Below, in pieces: positions 57,662-64,000 of a DNA stretch of 64,000 bases. A program made the position numbers and the translations under genes. The stretch is from positions 1,067,231-1,131,230 of the forward strand of contig NW_003314320.1 in the NCBI RefSeq assembly GCF_000143415.4, written 5' to 3'. This DNA comes from Selaginella moellendorffii (lineage: Eukaryota > Plantae > Lycopodiophyta). Each line of letters begins with the position of its first letter. Position 1 is the stretch's first letter. Under the pieces are notes generated by a model. It had not been told where the DNA came from. It was given only the letters and a program-made list of their open reading frames with translations, and did not search any database.

Positions 57662-59187
57662 ATGGCGGTGTGGGTGAAAGGCAATGGCGAGGAGGCTCGA
57701 CTCTTCCGGCTCCATAACTCGAAGTATCTCATGCTCTGCTCGATTGCAGCGCACTGGGGCTTCGACCCCGACACGCTCCTCGTGGGTCGCTTTGCCCTCT
57801 CCATGGACAAAAGCGGCAACTCCGTCTCAGACGTGGACGAGATCCGGGCATACTCTGCAGCAGCGGGCGCGGGCGATGGTCTCACAGATCAGACTCCATT
57901 TGTCATCACCGGGAAGCCAGCACAAACGATCTGGACCAGTTCCTCTTCGAGGAAACCATCACTAGAGGAGACGTTCGTGGCTGCGGCAATTACAGATGAG
58001 GATTTCAAGAAGCTATCCTACACAGAGTCCAGGAGTGTGCGTCCATACAGGTCGCGCTTGGTGTATCAGCGGTTCAAGGCGATGAGGCAGGAACTCAACA
58101 TCGACGAGTCTGGAGTTCATCACTACATACGTGCGAAGGATGATTTAGGCAGTGCAGTTGCCCCGTTTGTGGGAGCTCTTCACATCGTCCCGAATGGATC
58201 AAGGTTCGATGGCAGTGCACGTCGCCCAGTTGGAATGGTATCACTGGTTCGCTGCGACGGTTACTGCTTGACTGCGGCTAAATGTCTGGAAGGTTTCGAT
58301 GGTGACGACAACACTATCTTCGTCAGCTTCCCACGGATGAGCGGCAGCGGGGATAATTCTTGCTTTTACGAGTGTAAGATTGCCAAGGTCGAAGAGTTTG
58401 TGGTGCACTTGGAGGCTAAAGAGCAACAAAGCTTCAAGACTTGCATGGCTACCCGATTTGGACCTGCGTCTGGCTCAGTTTTCATGTTCAGCGGCCCCAA
58501 CAGCACGCAACTCGTGGAGTGTCCGATGGTTGATTCGTTCGTATGTCCATTCGAGGGCATTGTATTGCCGAGCGCGAAGATCGACCACAAGCTTTCGCTG
58601 GGAGGTCCTGTTGTCAACTGTGTCGGCGAGATGATAGGGGTGATTATTGCACACAGCCTACTGAAGAAGAGCAGCGACTCGAGAGGAAAAGCGTGCGTGA
58701 CCCGGTTTGGAACCAAGATGAAAGTGCAAAGTGTTTCGGACTTGCAGGAGTTTCTAGATGATGCACTGAAATGGAAGAACGTCAACAACAAGCTGGGCAG
58801 CACTCGAGGCGATGCAAAATATGAGAGTTAAGCTCATTGGTCCATCTTTCTGGTTCTCATTCTTTCTTTCTTTTTTTCTTGTCTTTTAGTGTGGAAAAAT
58901 TGCTTGGAACTCAGGAGGTTGGTCCAGTGCACGGGAGCTGACTTCATTTCTCCCGCTCAGGAGTGGTATTCGCAGCATCCACTGTCAGGTTCTTAAACAT
59001 CTATCTGATCTTGTTGATCTAGTAGTTACCAATGTATTCCTTGCTTGCAGAATTTATCAACAGCGCTGTGACGGAGTTTAATGCTCCACCGCTTAAGCGT
59101 CCGAAAGTTAAATACGTCCCCATGTCCGAGGAGAAAATCCTGAAGTTTTACAAGGAGCAGGAGGCTGTCAGAGAGGTTTTTTTCTAG
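57662..59187 (+). CDS. Small N-terminal domain + trypsin-like pseudo-protease; probable two extra 3' exons
   Basis: DGYCLTAAKCL (TAAHC-like) and SLGGPVVNCVGEMIGV (SGGP-like). Putative exons ~58890-58988 and 59051-59187 with basic PPLKRPK. Confidence 0.6.
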
Positions 59188-59699
59188 ATCTTGTTGTCAG
59201 GATAAGCAATGTCTTTGTCGCATTTTTATTTTACTCCAAATGTGAATAGTCCTCAACCGATGAAGATGCTCTAACTTGCTGTCTACTCTTCTCCTTCGCT
59301 CTCTTAATTTGCTGACAGACACGGTCACTACAAGAAGACTGGCTTTTCCTCTCTACGATTCTAATCTTTGCTTGGACGTTTTATGTTTTACGCATGGATT
59401 CCAATGGCTCAGAGGAACTCACGATTTTGGACTCCGCGGTTCGATATAGGATACGGTGTTTTTCTTTCCAATGGCTCAGAGGGAACCTTGGAGGTCAGCA
59501 GTTCGATTTAGAATAGGGTGTTCTCTTGCCAACATTAATTTGCTGGGCACCTGTATGTCTGTTTTGTGAGCAGAAAAGATCCATAATTCCATGGGTTTAG
59601 AGGTTGGCAATTCAATTTATGATGACGAGTGTTTTCTTGTAATCCCATGGGTTTATTCATATTTCATCCTATTCTCATGAGTATCACTCTCTGATATTC

Positions 59700-62600
59700 A
59701 ATTATCCCTTTTGTTTTATACGGGTTACATTTGCCTCTTACACAAAAGTTTTTAAATACACATTTAATTCCTTAGGTTATTTCAACATTCATAAGAGGTA
59801 ATTTAAGGTATATTGCTTAGAGGACATGCATCCTTATATATATTTTGACCACTCATAATAATTAACTCTAATTTTAAATTCATGAGTACCATCTTTAATT
59901 ACATAAGGATAATCTTATAACTTCTTTATAGTATAGGAGTCCTTTTTGCTTCAAATGATCCCAACTACAGTTAATTACCATAATTATATTAAAGCCAACT
60001 TGCTAAATTTATACTCTTCATTATCATCTCTTCTTCTCAGCTTCCTCTTCGCGCTTTCAAGAAAACCTTTTATGATTCTTAAGATCCCAAAGTTATTCCT
60101 TTATCAACCCCCTTTCTACCTATTATAATACCCATAAGTTCATATACAAACTAAAGTGGAGAGTTATGCTTTCTTAACATGTTACTTGAGTTTAGCCACA
60201 CTTTTGGGACTTTTAGATGTCAATATCAAGTGGTAATATAATTGATTATTAATAAAAATTAGACTAAAGAATAACTCTAATACTAATTTATAAGTAATTA
60301 CATTTTTCATTTTACTTTAGTCATTTAACCATAGTTTTGACCACTTGGAAAAACCTCACTCACAACTCCCATAAGTCTTTATCACAAATTGAAGTACTTA
60401 CTAAAAGTATAAAGGTGGCCTCCAAGCTATATTCCTTCCAAATTTGGTCCAAATGCTTTATATGTTTGACTTTGACTTAGATTCCATCCTAAACTTGGTT
60501 TAGACTCAATCTTAGATACTTCCATATATTATGACATTTGTTATATGTTAGTTATTCTTTTGTCCTTTTTTAGAGACTCATTTATCAATCGTTTCATGTT
60601 CATTTTTCAAGCATTTCTTTAGGAGTTTCACTTTTGCTCTCAACTTTTCAAAAAAGAACTTTTAGTATGTTTGTTGGACTTTTGCTTTGTCCACTACGAT
60701 ATGGTACATATTTAGTTCCATTTTAGGAATTGTGTCTTATAGGTTGAAGATCAAACAACGAGTGATATTATAATGGTGATCAAGAGAGAGATTTATCAGT
60801 AGAAATGGAGTTTTTGATAGAGAAAAGATGTAGTGTATATGGTTTTTACCTAGTAAATCCAAAACCCTTGGATACATGGGCCAAGAGTAGGAGAGTGCAA
60901 CTTGAGTTTAGAACTTTGGGCCACTAAACGAAGAAACAAAGCTAAACTCCTAAACTTGGAACTAAGGAGTAAAAGAACTAGAACATGAAATGACTCTCAA
61001 GCGTATAACCCAAGAAGCAAAGGGATAGGGGCAAAAAGTAATATTGGAATAATCTTAAAGCATCAAACATTTGAACATCAAAACCAACACGTAAAATAGA
61101 GCTAAATGAAGTTTTGTGTTATTTCAGCTTACTGGTGGCCTAATGCAAAAATATGGGTACTCCACTAGCTAATATGGTATCGAATTTAGGCTTAGACCAA
61201 CTTGATATAGAACAAGGGGTTATATTGTGAATTTGGATATAGGAACAACACTATTGTATTCAGAAAAATCTCTACATTCCATATATATGCTTAATTAGCA
61301 AATTTAAACACTTTCCATAAATAGATAATAGGATTAAATGAAACCAACAAAGGCATGATAACAATAAATTATCACTTAATGAGTATTGAAGGACCAAGTT
61401 TAATATCACAAGGGTTATTGTCACTAATTAGTGTAAGATACTGTAGCGCATGTGATCATGGGATGAGATTTAGATATACTGTCACCGTGGATCCTTGAAA
61501 CCTTGGGGGATAAATGGGGATAAATGGGGATAAAGTAACCACTAAAAGCTCTCTCATCAAACAATTGCCCTTTTTCTAATTGGCTTAAGGGGAGAGAGAT
61601 AGGGTGTGTTACAGTTAGTATCGGAGCAAATGGCACGAGTTCGATTCCCATTAATTAGTGGCTACTTAAAATATAATATACCCTTGAGCAAGGTATATTC
61701 CTACCCCTAAATTTGAAAATCGTATGTATTGGGAATATAATATACCCTTGAGCAAGGTATATTCCTACCCCTAAATTTGAAAATCGTATGTATTGGGCAT
61801 CCATGGGTATCCACCGTGGGACTGCAGTACAAGTGGATGACTAATTGCCTCACATGGAATAACTGGTCTACACAATGGAAGGATTGGTAGAATCAGTGCG
61901 GAAATGGAAGTGCTGGTTCCCCTTAGCTCAGTAGGGGTTGTTAGTCAATAGTCAGTGCGGAAATGGAAGTGTTGGTTCCCTTAGCTCAGTAGGGGTTGTT
62001 AGTCAATAGTCAATGAGGACATTGACATCTCTGAAGGGGGAGTGAGTGTAGCGCATGTGATTATGGGATGAGATTTGAATATACTGTCACAGTTGACTTA
62101 AGGGGAGAGAGATAAGGTGTAGCATGGCTCAGTAGGGGTTGTTAGTCAATAGTCAATAAGGACATTGACATCTTTGAAGGGGGGGTAAGTGTAGCGCATG
62201 TGATTATGGGATGAGATTTGAATATACTATCACAATTGGCTTAAGGGGAGAGAGATAAGGTGTGCTACAGATACAATGAGATGCCTTATTAGATTAAGTA
62301 TGTTTAGTTTAAATTTTTTATCTTTATGCTCGTCTTGTTTAAATATACTCAAAATGCCCAGTTAACTCCACTAGCACAAAAGGGATTAACAAAGAGTTCA
62401 ATAATACCCAATAAAAAACAGATATTAGAAAGGACTCGCTAATAAGTAACTTTTGATATATTCTCCCCTCTTTAGGGAAGATTAACATCCTTGTCGATGC
62501 ATACTCTAGTTTAGACCACTGCCAAAAAAATAATTCCAGAAAAAAGTTTATGGTGTTCACACTTTATGAGAAATGTAAATGAATTAGGGGTAACCATTTT

Positions 62601-63060
62601 GTTTAACATAAATACACTACCACTCAAACATCTTTTGGCCATCATCGATAAGGAAATGAGCCACCTTTGCTATTCTAGGTATTATCCAACTTACAAAAAA
62701 TGATATACCCCTACTTGCAAATGATATAGAGAGAGAAGTTAAAGACCCCAACCTTCTTGAGTAAACAAAACAAACCTATTAATAAGGTTTAGATATTGTA
62801 ATTAGGCAGTTAGAGTTGTTTCCATGGTTATGCCTCTTTAATGGAATAAAGAACATCGAAAGAGATAAGGGTGATGTGACTAATCTACAATAGTTACTAT
62901 ACAGTTAAAGATTTCGTCATACACATAAAGTGCTAAAGTCAGTTTGTTTATACTAGCTCAAACCCAAAGATCAATAGATAGATAACAAACTAAAGAGGGC
63001 AAATTATTAGTGAATAAGTTTTAATTAGAATATAAAAGTATTTCAATTTGTGAGGGCCAA
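59700..63060. mobile_element. Heavily decayed Ty3/Gypsy pol remnants (mostly + strand from ~60600), interrupted by a TRIM
   Basis: Remnant motifs PTRKIEL (~61085), GKINILVDAYS (~62475), GNHF/IFWP/TCK integrase zinc-finger traces (62590-62720). AT-rich and stop-riddled. Confidence 0.45.
61442..62269 (+). mobile_element. TRIM-like non-coding LTR element with three LTR copies
   Basis: LTRs 61442-61613, 62047-~62123 and 62190-62269 all start TGTAGCGCATGTGAT. TSD GATAC (61437-61441 / 62270-62274), PBS TAGTATCGGAGC, PPT TGAAGGGGG before LTR2 and LTR3. Confidence 0.88.
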
Positions 63061-63061
63061 G

Positions 63062-64000
63062 TGTACGGTTATGATGCCGTATACTAATATTAGCGTAGTG
63101 GGATTTTGGTAACCGTCGGATTAGTTTCAATCTGGACCACTCGCTCTTGTATATAAGCTAGGGTTTTTGGGTTAATTAATATGCACATTTTTATATTCCC
63201 TTTCTATATTCCAAGCACTCACATTAGTCGAGATGAGGGGCACCTTTGATTGTCCTTGAGGAATGCTTGGATTTGGGATTTTGGTTTAGATCTAGCTTTT
63301 GCATTGTCTAGATCTAACTTTTTCCATTTCCTTTCTTTTGTTCTTTCTTTTTAGGGTTTTGGTTTAGATCTAGCTTTTTGCGTTGTCTAGATCTACCATT
63401 TCCTTCTAGCTTTTTGTTATTTCTCTTCTTTTGTTCTTTCTTTTTCGTTCATCTTCATGGCAGATCAGCAATCTCCTCCTTTAACTCTAGAGCAGCAGTT
63501 GGTACAATTGCTTGATGCTATGCACTTGCAATTGAACAACCAAATTTAGTTGATGGCGGCATTCATGGCATGTGGTACAACTCCTCCTGCTCTTGGTGCC
63601 AATCCTCGCGTTCAGCCGGAGTTCTTTCGTGGGAATCCTGGGGATGATGTGTACCATTGGTTCGATCACTTCACAGTGATTGCCACATATCATTCTTGGG
63701 ATGATGCTCGACGGTTGCATGAGTTTCCCACATGTCTCCAAGGGACGGCATTGCAGTGGTACAATGGTTTGAGCGCAGCCACTCGTGGGGATTGGAGTGT
63801 TCTCCCGGACGTCTTCAAACGCGCCTTCGGACATGCTGATGATTGTGATGATGCTTTCCAACAATTGCATCGTCTTCGCCAAGGGCCATCTGAGTCGGTG
63901 ATGCAATTTGGTGTTCGTTTTCGAAGTCTTTTGCTTCATGCGGAGCCAAATATGTCGGAGCAGATCAAGCTAGGAATGTTGTGACCAGCACTTCATCAAG
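63062..64000 (+). mobile_element. 5' end of a Ty3/Gypsy element: candidate LTR 63062-63223 and gag from 63457 with in-frame stops
   Basis: TG...CA unit with TATA box. Gag PEFFRG..D...WF..F...LQGTALQWY...W...FKRAF...LRQGPSESV; TAG at 63547 and TGA at 63982. Confidence 0.8.

Noticed and set aside
61442-61613. Cassandra-type TRIM
   Set aside because: No 5S rRNA-like sequence is seen in the LTR.
61670-62010. Direct repeats that might suggest a CRISPR-like array (also 59400-59530)
   Set aside because: They are two-copy tandem duplications with no spacers, in a eukaryotic transposon context.

Overview
Gene-dense plant nuclear DNA with very short introns (~45-80 nt), intergenic gaps often under 200 bp and large PLS-type PPR genes. 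It looks like a lycophyte such as Selaginella (inference). Zone 1 (1-18.6 kb) holds conserved genes: U-box kinase, F-box, HDA2 head-to-head with U2 snRNA, a histidine phosphatase, two PLS-E PPRs and purH. Zone 2 (18.9-38.2 kb) is a rearranged accessory region. It contains a His-rich membrane ORF, a ~4.2-kb fold-back built from decayed PPR/kinase-like pieces, two tRNA pseudogenes, a divergent SWEET-like gene, a DUF3820-like::PPR fusion with a decayed tandem copy and a small hairpin, and inverted GH5 pseudogenes. Zone 3 (38.6-51 kb) holds ERF, DUF863, a Ca-binding mitochondrial carrier, eIF3j and an SPT5-like gene with a GW tail. Zone 4 (51-64 kb) holds a CDPK pseudogene split by an RT-less Copia with identical LTRs, an intronless Sec61alpha-like gene that appears to lack both ribosome-binding loops, a small-domain::dead-trypsin gene, Gypsy debris, a three-LTR TRIM and the start of a Gypsy element. 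The best novelty candidate is the loop-less Sec61alpha paralog. Its neighbour's small N-terminal domain recurs next to the divergent SWEET-like gene. Family calls come from motif recognition by eye, not database searches.
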